Below, in pieces: positions 43,361 to 52,149 of a stretch of DNA of 64,000 bases (position 1 is its first letter; the number at the start of each line of letters is the position of its first letter). The position numbers were made by a program, and so were the translations under genes. Origin of the DNA: Thermoleophilaceae bacterium (GTDB taxonomy: Bacteria > Actinomycetota > Thermoleophilia > Solirubrobacterales > Thermoleophilaceae); contig JAUJNF010000001.1 in the NCBI GenBank assembly GCA_030446485.1, forward strand, positions 194,018 to 258,017, in the 5' to 3' direction. Below the pieces are notes generated by a model. The model was not told where the DNA came from, made no database searches, and worked only from the letters and a program-made list of their open reading frames with translations.

Positions 43361-44560
43361 ATGCACAGGCGCCTCTTCTCGCTCGCCGCGGCGGCCACGG
43401 CGCTGCTCGCGGCTCCCGGCGCGGCGGCGGCCGCTGAGGGCGACTGCACGCCCTGGACGATGCGCACCGTGGCCTCCGGGCTCGGCAGCCTCGAGAACTT
43501 GGAGCCGGACGGGCGCGGCGGAATGCTCATCTCCGCCTCGTCGAGGAGGGCGGTCGAGCGGCTCACGCCCGACGGGAAGACGAGCGGGGTGGTGTCCGAC
43601 GTCGAGGCCCCGGGGGGCCTGCGCGTGCGGGGAGCCACGCTCTTCTTCAACACCGGTGACTCGTCGCAGTCCGGGGCACTAGGCCGAAACGACGGGACGC
43701 TCGACACGGTGAACCTCGATACCGGCGTGCGCAGCACCTACGCCCGTGGGCTCACGATGCCCAACGGGCTCGTGTTCCTGCCGAACGGCGACGCCGTGGT
43801 GAGCCGCTCGGTCGGGACCGGCACGGGGCTGACCCGCGTGCCCGTCGCCGATCCGTCGCAGCCGCAGTTCCGCTGGGCCGACCTCGACGACACCAACGGC
43901 CTGGCCGTGGATCCCACCGGCACGTGGCTGTACGTGGACGAGACGTTCACGCTCGAGTCGACGGTGCGCCGGATCCGCATCGCCGACCCGCGGACGATCG
44001 AGGTGGTGGCCCGGCTGGGTGGGGGCGGCGTCCCGAAGGGCCTCGACGACCTCACGATCGACGCCGCCGGCATCCTCTACATCACGGCCAACGGAGCCGG
44101 CGAGGTGATCCGGCTCGACCCGGCGACGGGCGCCTCCTGCGTTATCGCCGCGGGACTGCGGAACCCGTCGGCGGTCAAGTTCGGCCGCGGGCCAGGGTGG
44201 CCGGAGGCGAACCTGTACGTGAGCGGCTTCGACGGCGCGGTTCGTGAGCTCACGCCGCCGGCCGGCTCGGCGCCACCGCCCGGCCCGTCGCCCCCGCCCG
44301 CCAGGGCACGCCGGATCCGCCTCTCTGCCTCGCCCCGCCGGGTGCGGACCGGGCGCAGGACGTGCGTGCGGTTCCATGCGAGGGTCGGCCGCCGGCCGCT
44401 CGAGGGTGCCACCGTCAGCTTCAGGCAGCGCACCGCCGCCAGCGACGCCCGTGGCCGCGCCAGGATCTGTGCGCGCTTCCCGCGGCCCGATCGCTACGGG
44501 GCCGTGGCCCGCAAGGCGGGACTGCACCGGGACAAGACGATCGTGCGCGCCGTCCGCTAG
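43361..44560 (+). CDS. secreted SMP-30/gluconolactonase/strictosidine-synthase-like beta-propeller protein
   Basis: Signal peptide MHRRLFSLAAAATALLAAPGAAAAAEG. Repeated PNGL/TNGLAVD blades. Confidence 0.7.
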   Translation: MHRRLFSLAAAATALLAAPGAAAAAEGDCTPWTMRTVASGLGSLENLEPDGRGGMLISASSRRAVERLTPDGKTSGVVSDVEAPGGLRVRGATLFFNTGDSSQSGALGRNDGTLDTVNLDTGVRSTYARGLTMPNGLVFLPNGDAVVSRSVGTGTGLTRVPVADPSQPQFRWADLDDTNGLAVDPTGTWLYVDETFTLESTVRRIRIADPRTIEVVARLGGGGVPKGLDDLTIDAAGILYITANGAGEVIRLDPATGASCVIAAGLRNPSAVKFGRGPGWPEANLYVSGFDGAVRELTPPAGSAPPPGPSPPPARARRIRLSASPRRVRTGRRTCVRFHARVGRRPLEGATVSFRQRTAASDARGRARICARFPRPDRYGAVARKAGLHRDKTIVRAVR

Positions 44561-44566
44561 CTGCCG

Positions 44567-44986
44567 GTGGACGACGCCGACTCCCACAGCGTGCGGGAGA
44601 TCCTCGGCCTTCACGCCTTCGCGGTGGTTGGCTGCTCGCCGGACCCGTCGCGCGACAGCCACCGCGTGTCGCGCTTTCTCCAGTCGAAGGGCTACCGCGT
44701 GGTGCCGGTGAACCCGGCGGTCGACGGCGAGCTGCTCGGCGAGCGCTGCTACCCGAGATTGGCCGACGTCCCCGAGCCCGTGGAGGTGGTGGACATCTTC
44801 CGCCGCGCCGACCAGGCCGGGCAGCACGTGGACGAGGCGATCGCCATCGGTGCCAAGGCGGTGTGGATGCAGCTCGGGGTGATCGACGAGGCCGCGGCCG
44901 AGCGGGCGCGCGCCGCCGGCCTGAAGGTGGTGATGGACCGCTGCCCGGCGATCGAGCATCCGCGCCTCTTCGGTCGGCGCGGCTAG
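44567..44986 (+). CDS. CoA-binding domain protein
   Basis: FAVVGCSPDPSRDSHRVSRFLQSKGYRVVPVNP...CYPRLADVPEPVEVVDIFR. Confidence 0.85.
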   Translation: MDDADSHSVREILGLHAFAVVGCSPDPSRDSHRVSRFLQSKGYRVVPVNPAVDGELLGERCYPRLADVPEPVEVVDIFRRADQAGQHVDEAIAIGAKAVWMQLGVIDEAAAERARAAGLKVVMDRCPAIEHPRLFGRRG

Positions 44987-46098
44987 GCGAACACCTTCTC
45001 CGACGCCTCGGCCTTCTCCGGCAGCGCCTGCTCCGAGAAGGCGGGATCGTTCTCGTGGCGGCGGAAGAAGTCGACGATCGGCTTGACGTACTCGCCGAAC
45101 TTCGGGCACCGCAGCCCCTGGCGCTCGAGCATGTCGCCCGTGCGGCGGGTGTCGAACCGCACCTCGTGATTGAGGTAGCGGATCGACTCACGCGGGGTGC
45201 CCCCCAGGAACCGCTGCAGCGGCTTTATCCGCAGCGACTCCGCGACCACCGGGCCGGGCACGCGGTAATCGGGACCCTTGCCAAGGTACTCGTGGCTCAG
45301 CATGCCGAGCAGCTCGGACGCCCGCAGGGGCTCGGGGTCGACGAGGTGGAAGGTCTCCCCCATCGACTGCGGGTCGCGGGCGGCGGCCACCATCGCGTCC
45401 ACCACGAAGTCCACGGGCACCACGTTGAAAGGCGCCTCTGAGCGGCCGACCTGCGGCACGGGCATGTTGTGCTCGCGCAGCTTCTGCAGCATGCGCAGCA
45501 GGTAGTAGGGCCCGTCGAACTTCTGCGTCTCGCCGGTGCGCGAGTCACCCACCACGATCGCCGGCCGGTAGATCGTCGTCGGCACGCTGCCCATCGCGTC
45601 GCGAACCCAGACCTCGGCCTGGAACTTGGTCGACTCGTAGTGGTTCTTGAAGCGCTGCCCCATCAGCAGCTCGTGCTCGTACACGACGCCCTTGCGAAGG
45701 CCCGCCACGTAGGCCGTGCTCACGTAGTTGAAGCGCTCGAGCCCCTCCGCCCGCGCGCACAGCTCGATCACGTTGCCGGTGCCCTCCACGTTCACCCGCT
45801 GCGCGATCTCGAGCGGCACCGCGAGGTTGTAGATCGCCGCGAGGTGGTAGACGGTCGTGACCTCTCCCACAAGTCGTTCGTAGGCGGTGGCGTCGAGGCC
45901 GAGGTGCCGGTCGGCGATGTCGCCGGGGAGCACCTCCACGCGCTGGTCGATCACGGCGGCGGCGGCCGTGGCCTGGTCGAGCATCCGCGGCTCGACCAGG
46001 CAGGTCACGCGCGCGTCCGGATCGCCCGCGACCAGCGAGGCCACGAGGCGGGTGCCGAGGAAGCCCGGGAAGCCGGTGACGAAGGTCGCGCCGGCCAT
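44983..46098 (-). CDS. SDR-family NAD-binding reductase (fatty acyl-CoA/thioester reductase-like)
   Basis: FVTGFPGFLGTRL, YESTKFQAE (YxxxK). Confidence 0.8.
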   Translation of the reverse strand: MAGATFVTGFPGFLGTRLVASLVAGDPDARVTCLVEPRMLDQATAAAAVIDQRVEVLPGDIADRHLGLDATAYERLVGEVTTVYHLAAIYNLAVPLEIAQRVNVEGTGNVIELCARAEGLERFNYVSTAYVAGLRKGVVYEHELLMGQRFKNHYESTKFQAEVWVRDAMGSVPTTIYRPAIVVGDSRTGETQKFDGPYYLLRMLQKLREHNMPVPQVGRSEAPFNVVPVDFVVDAMVAAARDPQSMGETFHLVDPEPLRASELLGMLSHEYLGKGPDYRVPGPVVAESLRIKPLQRFLGGTPRESIRYLNHEVRFDTRRTGDMLERQGLRCPKFGEYVKPIVDFFRRHENDPAFSEQALPEKAEASEKVFA

Positions 46099-46409
46099 CA
46101 GCCTGCGAGCCCCTTGCCGCCGACGGGGATCAGCTCGATCGGCTCGGCGAAGTCCTCGATGACCTCCAGCGCCTCCTCGATCGCCCCGCGCTTGCGTGCG
46201 TCCGCCAGGGCGGCGTCCATGTCCTCCTGGCTACTCCACACCTCCGTGACCCAGACCGTGTCCGGTTCGCCGGCGACGCGGTTGATCACGTACAGCTCGC
46301 AGCCCGGCTGGCCCTCCGCCGCGCGCGCCTCGCCCAGCAGGATCTCGGCCAGGCGGTCACCCTGTCCGGGCTCGGCGACGGCCCGGGCGTAGCGGCCGAT
46401 GCGGGGCAT
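46098..46409 (-). CDS. antibiotic-biosynthesis-monooxygenase (ABM) fold protein
   Basis: 103 aa. GCELYVINRVAGEPDTVWVTEVWSSQEDMDA pattern. Its stop overlaps the downstream ATG. Confidence 0.7.
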   Translation of the reverse strand: MPRIGRYARAVAEPGQGDRLAEILLGEARAAEGQPGCELYVINRVAGEPDTVWVTEVWSSQEDMDAALADARKRGAIEEALEVIEDFAEPIELIPVGGKGLAG

Positions 46410-46462
46410 GACGCGATTATGCCGCCTGACGGTTGACTCGGAGGGCTCGCGCGCGGCTCGGG

Positions 46463-47026
46463 TCAGGCCGGCGCCCCGGCCCCCTTCCGCACCGCGTCCA
46501 TCACCTCGTCCATCGGCGCGTTGTCGGCCGAGTCCCCGTTGTAGTGGGCGAGCAGGACGCGGCCGTCGCTGCCGATCACGAAGGTGCCGGGCGACTGCTT
46601 CACGTCGCCGCCCTTCGGGAGCCCCACGAAGTGGCCCTTCGTGGCGGCCTTCAGGGTGGTCAGCGCCTGCTTCGGCCCGATGAAGTCCATGGCCGAGTAC
46701 TCGGCCAGCGCCAACTCGCGGTAGGCCTCGCGGTCGGGATCGCCGTAGCAGTCGACGGTAGCCCCACGCTGGCGGCAGAAGTTGCGCACCGGCTGGGCGC
46801 GGTACTGGAAGACGGCGATCACGTCGCCGCCCGCGGACCGGATCTCCTCGTGGGCCTCACTCAACTGAGCGAGGTGCGCGCGGCAGTGCGGTCAGCCGAA
46901 GTGGCGCTCGAACGCCAGGATGAGCGGGCCGTCCCGCCACCGGTCGCTCACGTCCACCGGACCGTCGACCGACTGGAGGGTGATCTTCGGGAAGGCGTCG
47001 CCGGCCTTCAACCGCTCGGCGGCCAT
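46463..47026 (-). CDS. peroxiredoxin-like (AhpC/TSA, PRX_like2-type) redoxin with in-frame UGA in a UxxC motif; candidate selenoprotein
   Basis: Own translation from ATG 47026: MAAERLKAGDAFPKITLQSVDGPVDVSDRWRDGPLILAFERHFG[TGA 46894-46892]PHCRAHLAQLSEAHEEIRSAGGDVIAVF... The track shows only the part after TTG 46864. Confidence 0.7.
46855..46874 (-). other. SECIS-like hairpin within the redoxin mRNA
   Basis: mRNA CCUCGCUC-AGUU-GAGUGAGG, 8 bp including one G.U. It starts 17 nt after the UGA, with GU in the apical loop. Confidence 0.5.
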
Positions 47027-47469
47027 CAGGCGGTCGCCCCGGCGGCCTGGCCCACCTCGACGCTCAGCTCCACCGGGATGTTGCCGCGGGTGGCGTTCGA
47101 GTAGGGGCAGACCTCGTGCGCGCGCTCCACGAGCGCCCGGGCCTCGCTCTCGTCCATGCCGGGAATGGCCACTTGCAGCTCGACCTCGAGTCCGAAGGCG
47201 CCCTTGCCGATCATCCCGATGCCCACGCGCGCGGTCACGCTCGACTGGCTCACGTCCTTGTCCTGCTTGCCGGCCACCACCTGCAGGGCGCTGCCGAAGC
47301 AGGCGGCGTAGCCTGCCGCGAAGAGCTGCTCCGGGTTCGTGGCGTCGCTATCGGAGCCGCCCATCTCCGGTGGCACGGCGATGTCCACGTCGAGGTGGCC
47401 GTCCGAGGTGCGTGCGTGGCCCTGGCGGCCGCCGGTGGCGGTGGCCTCGGCGGTGTAGAGCGTCTTCAT
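47026..47469 (-). CDS. ohr: organic hydroperoxide resistance protein (OsmC/Ohr family)
   Basis: NPEQLFAAGYAACFGSAL and AHEVCPYSNATRGNI, the two conserved Cys motifs. Confidence 0.9.
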   Translation of the reverse strand: MKTLYTAEATATGGRQGHARTSDGHLDVDIAVPPEMGGSDSDATNPEQLFAAGYAACFGSALQVVAGKQDKDVSQSSVTARVGIGMIGKGAFGLEVELQVAIPGMDESEARALVERAHEVCPYSNATRGNIPVELSVEVGQAAGATA

Positions 47470-47493
47470 GTCGTGCGGGTCCCCTTTCTGGGG

Positions 47494-49461
47494 TCAGTCG
47501 GAGGAGGCGACGATCGCCTCTGAGGTCCGGTGGGCCATGGCCATCGTCGTGACCATCGGGTTGGTGCCGGTGGCGGTGGGGAAGCACGAGGCGTCCCCGA
47601 TCCACACGCCCTTGGTGTCGTGGAGCTGGCCCCACGGATCGGCCACGCTCGTGGACGGGTCCTTGCCCATCCGGCACGAGCCCATCTGGTGGAGGGCGAA
47701 GATCGCGGAATCGTAGGGGGTGACCGGGGCGTCGTGCACGCGTTGGCGATAGGCGTCCACATCCTCGCCGCGCTTCCAGTGCAGGAGCTTGCGGTGGAAG
47801 GTCAGGATCTCCCGCGCACCCGCGGCGTCGTGCAGCTTCACCATCTCCTCCATGCCGCGACGGAAGATGCGCTCGTCGAGCTCGTCGGTTATGTCGTAGT
47901 GGTGGACAGCGTTGCCGCGCTGGTCGATCGTTACCCGGCCGTGCCCGCGGTCGCGGATGAGGAAGACGAACGACGCCTGCTCCGCGCCGGTGGACATGAA
48001 ATCCTTGTGCTGGCGTCCGCTCTCCCACGGCACGGCCGAGCCGAACAGGCCCGGGCTCGTGTGCGCTCCCTCGATGAGGAAGCCGTGCCCGTCCTCGAGG
48101 TTCGAGTAGACGTCGGTGAGCCCGCTCTGCGGCGGCCCCCACCAGGACTTCTGCGGCTCGGCGTATACGCCGAGCACGGCGGTGGCCGGGTGCAGGCGGA
48201 GGTAGTCGCCCACCGCCGGCCCGCCGATCCCGGAGCGCAGCAGCAGCGCCGGCGAGTCGAGCGCGCTGGCCGCCACCACCACCTGCGGGGCCTTCACGGT
48301 CACGCGCGTCTGGTCGCCCTCCGGGCCGGTGTAGGTGGCCTCGACGCCCGTGGCGCGGCCGTTCTCGGCCAGGATGCGGTCCGCGCGGCAGCGCACCACG
48401 AACCGCGCGCCGTGCTCGTGGGCGTCCATCAGGAACGTCTTGAGGGTGCCCTGCTTGGAGCCCGACTGGTCGCCGTAGCCGAGGAAGCCGGCGGTGTCGG
48501 GCGAGTAGGTGGACGGGTCGGTGTTGCGAGTGATCCTGCGGAAGGGGTAGCCGAGCTTCTTGCAGCCCTCCTCCAGGCGCTGGTGGGGGCCGTTGTACTC
48601 GCTGCACGCGTCGGTTACGCCGATGCGGCCGAAGACCGTGTCGAGGTGGCGGTCGTAGTCCGGGCCGTCGAGGCCCTCGAGCCCGTGCTGATTGGCCCAC
48701 TCGTCCCGCACCCAGCCGTTCGTGCGGATGCAGTTGGTCCAGTTGACGGTGGTGCCGCCGCCGAGGTTGGAGCCGGCCTGGATGGTGATCGAGCCGTTGG
48801 CGGTCTGGGTGACCCCGCCCTCGCGGTAGATGTTCTCGTAGGCCCACAGCTCGAGCTGGTTGAAGTCGGACTCGTTGTAGTAGCCGCCCGCCTCGAGCAC
48901 GATCACGTCCTTGCCCGCGGCCGCCAGACTTGCGGCGGCGACGCCACCGCCCGCCCCGGACCCGATCACGCACACGTCGGCGGTGAGGGTCATCTCCTCG
49001 CCGCTCGGCACGATCGGCTGGATCGGCTTGGGCACGTCGGGCGGGGCCGACACCGGACCCGGGTAGCCGATCGCCGGCCAGTTGGGGTTGCGGCCCGTCT
49101 CGGGGTCGGGCAGCGCGTAGAAGAGCATGAGCGCGAGCCCCTTCAGCGCGGAGATGCCGGCAAGGCCGTCCGGGCCGGACTCGGCCACCCCGTGCACGAT
49201 CTGCTCGCGGAGCTCCTGCGGCGCCTCGGGCGTGAGGCCCTGTGCCGCCAGGCCGTCGAGGAGCTGGCGCATGCCCTCGAGCTCCTCCTCCTGAAGGGTG
49301 GCGAGCTTCTGCTCCATGGCGTCGGGCACGCCGATGTCGGAGCCGGCGCGCGCGAACAGCCCGTGGGGGTCGTCGGGCACATCGAGCGAGGGGGCGAACG
49401 TGTCGCAGGCGGCGGTCAGAGCGGCGCGCTGGACCTCGGACAGGGTGACGCTTACGGCCAT
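47494..49461 (-). CDS. GMC-family FAD oxidoreductase (long-chain alcohol oxidase-like N-extension)
   Basis: VCVIGSGAGGGVAAASLAAAGKDVIVLEAG and a C-terminal HQMGSCRMG motif. Confidence 0.9.
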   Translation of the reverse strand: MAVSVTLSEVQRAALTAACDTFAPSLDVPDDPHGLFARAGSDIGVPDAMEQKLATLQEEELEGMRQLLDGLAAQGLTPEAPQELREQIVHGVAESGPDGLAGISALKGLALMLFYALPDPETGRNPNWPAIGYPGPVSAPPDVPKPIQPIVPSGEEMTLTADVCVIGSGAGGGVAAASLAAAGKDVIVLEAGGYYNESDFNQLELWAYENIYREGGVTQTANGSITIQAGSNLGGGTTVNWTNCIRTNGWVRDEWANQHGLEGLDGPDYDRHLDTVFGRIGVTDACSEYNGPHQRLEEGCKKLGYPFRRITRNTDPSTYSPDTAGFLGYGDQSGSKQGTLKTFLMDAHEHGARFVVRCRADRILAENGRATGVEATYTGPEGDQTRVTVKAPQVVVAASALDSPALLLRSGIGGPAVGDYLRLHPATAVLGVYAEPQKSWWGPPQSGLTDVYSNLEDGHGFLIEGAHTSPGLFGSAVPWESGRQHKDFMSTGAEQASFVFLIRDRGHGRVTIDQRGNAVHHYDITDELDERIFRRGMEEMVKLHDAAGAREILTFHRKLLHWKRGEDVDAYRQRVHDAPVTPYDSAIFALHQMGSCRMGKDPSTSVADPWGQLHDTKGVWIGDASCFPTATGTNPMVTTMAMAHRTSEAIVASSD

Positions 49462-49521
49462 GACGAACCTCTCTCTTCCCTCGGGTGCTCCTGTGCGCCG
49501 GAGACTACCGAGGCGCCGGGC

Positions 49522-50409
49522 TCAGCCCGCCAGCCAATCGCGCACGATCGCGCCGATCTGCTCGCCCTTGTCCTCCTGGAGGAAGTGGCCGGCGTCCTCG
49601 ATCACGGTGAGCTCGTCGGCGGTCGGGAACAGCATCTGCACCTGGCGCCCCACCGGCTCGAGCGGCAGGGCGGGGTCGGAGTCCGCCCACAGGAGCAGCG
49701 ACGGCCGGGGGTTCTCCACCAGCGCCCTGGCCGCCGTCTGGCCCGCGGCGGCGCCGGGCGCGTCGGGGGTGAGGGGGATCATCGGCGGGAAGGTACGCGG
49801 GCCGGCCTTCGACTCCTGGCTCGGGAAGGGAGCGGCGTACGCCGCCACCACCTCGGGTGGCGGCTCCGTCTTGCAGCCGCGCGCCACCAGCATTTCCACC
49901 GGTAGGTCGGGCGTGCGGACGACGAAGTCGCGAAAGGCCTTCCAGCCGTCGCTCATCTCCTGGTGGCCCGTGAAGAGGCCGGTGTCCATCGCGACGATGC
50001 GCGACACGCGGTCGGGCAGCTCGGTGGCGGCGATGCGCAGGCCGATCGGGCCGCCCCAGTCCTGGACGACGATCGTCACGTCGCTGAGGTCGAGCTCCTC
50101 GAAGAGGGCGACGAGCGCGGCGGTGTGGTTGTCGTACGAGTACCAGCCGTCGTCGATGGGCTTGTCGGAGCGGCCGAAGCCGGGCAGGTCGGGCGCGATG
50201 CAGCGGTGGCCCGCCGCCAACAGCGGATCCATCACCTTGCGGTAGAGGAACGACCACGTCGGCTCGCCGTGGAACATCACGACCGGCGATCCCTCCCCCT
50301 CGTCGACGTGGGCGAGCCGCAGGCCCTGCCAGTCGCGGTACTTCGGCTACGGGAAGCCGGGGAGGCTCTCGAAGCGCTCGTCAGGGGTGCGGTAGAAGTC
50401 GATGGGCAT
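49522..50409 (-). pseudogene. haloalkane dehalogenase paralogue interrupted by an in-frame TAG
   Basis: MPIDFYRTPDERFESLPGFP[TAG 50349-50347]PKYRDWQGLRLAHVDEGEGSPVVMFHGEPTWSFLYRK...VVQDWGGPIG. The track splits it into 50347..50565 and 49522..50280. Confidence 0.75.
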
Positions 50410-50473
50410 CGGCGGCCGCGAGACTATCCACCGCCGGCCAGTTTGGAGCCCGGCGGGCCGGGAGATCCACTCG

Positions 50474-51427
50474 TCACCCCGTCGAGTGGCTGCGCGGGTT
50501 GTCGTACACCTCCTTCTCCCACGGCGGGCTGACGCCGCTGCCCGGCAGCGGGCGGTAGGCGCCACGGTCCACGGACTCGAGCGGCACCAGGCGCAGGCCC
50601 GGCCCGGTGCTCGTGCGCTCGCGCAGGTCGCGGCCCGGGTACTGCGGCTCGTAGCGGTAGTCGCCGTGCACGAAGGGCGGCCGCCGGTCGAGCCGGGTGT
50701 CGGTCCGCTGCGACCGCAGGGGGATGTGGCCCGCGTGGCTGCCCCACGAGACGCGTGTCCAACCGGTCCACGGCGTCCAGCGGTCGCGGCAGCGGCGCTG
50801 CTTGCAGCCCTGGTAGCCGTCGTGGGACGAGGCGCGCACCGTCGCCCGGCCGTCGGCGCCGAGCCGCACCTGGTAGCTCTCCCAGTCGTCGGGGTGGTAG
50901 CCAGGCGGCCGGGGCGGCTCGATCCCCACCAGGCCCAGCGGACTCACGGCCGTCTCGAACGCGCCCGAGAGGTTGGCCACCGAGGTGCGCGACTGCGGGT
51001 AGTAGAGCCAGTACTGGATGAAGGTCTCGCCGCCCTCGCGCACCACGCGGGTGAAGGCCGTGGCGCGGTGGCCACCGCGCGCCGAGCGGTGCGCGTCGAG
51101 GTCGGGATCGTCGGGCGCGTCCGAACAGCGGCGCGAACGGCACTCGCGCCAGTCCACGGGCAGGCTGAACGTTCCGGGCTCGTAGACGAGGTTGGGCGCG
51201 TGGCGGCGGACCAGCGCGGCGTTGCCGGGCCCATAGGCCGCCGCCAGGTCGTCGTCGCCCTCGTCGCAGCCGCCGCGCGCCGCGCAGAGGACCGAGTGGG
51301 CGAGGAAGCCCCCGAAGGCCCGCCCGTCGACCCGCGGGCCGACCGTGAGCAGTGCCCCGAGCGCGAGCGTGACCACGAGCATCAAGGCCGTCCATTCGAC
51401 GGTGGCCACGCCGCGTTCGCATCTCAT
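50474..51427 (-). CDS. membrane-anchored hypothetical protein with TadE-like N-terminus
   Basis: MRCERGVATVEWTALMLVVTLALGALL followed by a Cys/Trp-rich soluble domain. Confidence 0.6.
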   Translation of the reverse strand: MRCERGVATVEWTALMLVVTLALGALLTVGPRVDGRAFGGFLAHSVLCAARGGCDEGDDDLAAAYGPGNAALVRRHAPNLVYEPGTFSLPVDWRECRSRRCSDAPDDPDLDAHRSARGGHRATAFTRVVREGGETFIQYWLYYPQSRTSVANLSGAFETAVSPLGLVGIEPPRPPGYHPDDWESYQVRLGADGRATVRASSHDGYQGCKQRRCRDRWTPWTGWTRVSWGSHAGHIPLRSQRTDTRLDRRPPFVHGDYRYEPQYPGRDLRERTSTGPGLRLVPLESVDRGAYRPLPGSGVSPPWEKEVYDNPRSHSTG

Positions 51428-51511
51428 GCCGCCCGACGCTAGGCACGCGCGAGCGACAGTGCACGACGCGAGTGTGCCGCCCGCGCGCCTACTGCGTGAC
51501 GAAGGTGGCGC

Positions 51512-52144
51512 TCAGCCGCAGCTCGGCCAGGGCGCCGTACCGCGCTGACGGTACAGCGCGAGCGCCCGCCGGTCCTGCTCGGCCTCGGAGGCCTTCGCGG
51601 GATCGCCCCTGCCGCCCATGGCGCGCCAGGTGGCCCGGTCGAACTGGTACTTGCCGCGGTACTGGCCGCTCGGCGACACCGCGCGGGGGTTGCCGCCCGA
51701 CTCGCACTGCGCGATCTTCTCGAGCACGGCGGGAAGACGACCCTGCCGGGATCCCCCCACCCGCCTGGGCCGTGGCAGCGTCAGGCCGAGCGCGCGCGCC
51801 GTCAGGGGCCCGACCACGCCGTCGACCGCGAGCCCACGGCGCCGCTGGAAGGCCTTGACGGCCCGCTCGGTCTGCGGGCCGAACTGGCCGTCGGCGGTGA
51901 TCCCCAGGCGCCGCTGCAGGCGCACCACGTAGCCACCACGCGACCCGATGCGCAGCGCGCTGGCGGCGAACGCCTGGGCGCCGCCGCGGGCGGCGTTGGG
52001 GTCCGACTGCTTCGAGGCAGCCGCGGCGCCGGCGCGGTCGGGCGCCGGAGGAAGCACGATCGGGTGGTTCGCCTGAGCGACGCTCGGAGCCAGCGCGCCG
52101 ATGGACAGCGCGAGGATGGGCACGGCTAGGGCACGGCGGGACAA
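51512..52144 (-). CDS. secreted Rpf-like transglycosylase with peptidoglycan-binding domain
   Basis: TTG start 6 nt after AAGGAGA. Signal peptide SRRALAVPILALSIGALAPSVAQA. LQRRLGITADGQFGPQTERAVKAFQ (PG_binding_1) and IAQCESGGNPRAVSPSGQYRGKYQFDRATW (transglycosylase-like). Confidence 0.8.
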   Translation of the reverse strand: MSRRALAVPILALSIGALAPSVAQANHPIVLPPAPDRAGAAAASKQSDPNAARGGAQAFAASALRIGSRGGYVVRLQRRLGITADGQFGPQTERAVKAFQRRRGLAVDGVVGPLTARALGLTLPRPRRVGGSRQGRLPAVLEKIAQCESGGNPRAVSPSGQYRGKYQFDRATWRAMGGRGDPAKASEAEQDRRALALYRQRGTAPWPSCG

Positions 52145-52149
52145 CGCAA

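Noticed and set aside
47530-49905. 791-aa plus-strand ORF antisense to the GMC oxidoreductase and dehalogenase genes
   Set aside because: Low-complexity Arg/Gly/Val/Asp composition. The opposite strand encodes clearly recognisable enzymes. The same reasoning applies to 43679..45109, 47348..48973, 52207..53898, 53448..54926, 55304..56557, 58245..59585 and 61942..63396.
50347-50349. TAG in the dehalogenase paralogue as a pyrrolysine or programmed-readthrough codon
   Set aside because: There is no Pyl context (no pyl genes or methylamine methyltransferases in an actinobacterial-type genome). The position corresponds to an ordinary aromatic residue, so a nonsense substitution is the simpler reading.
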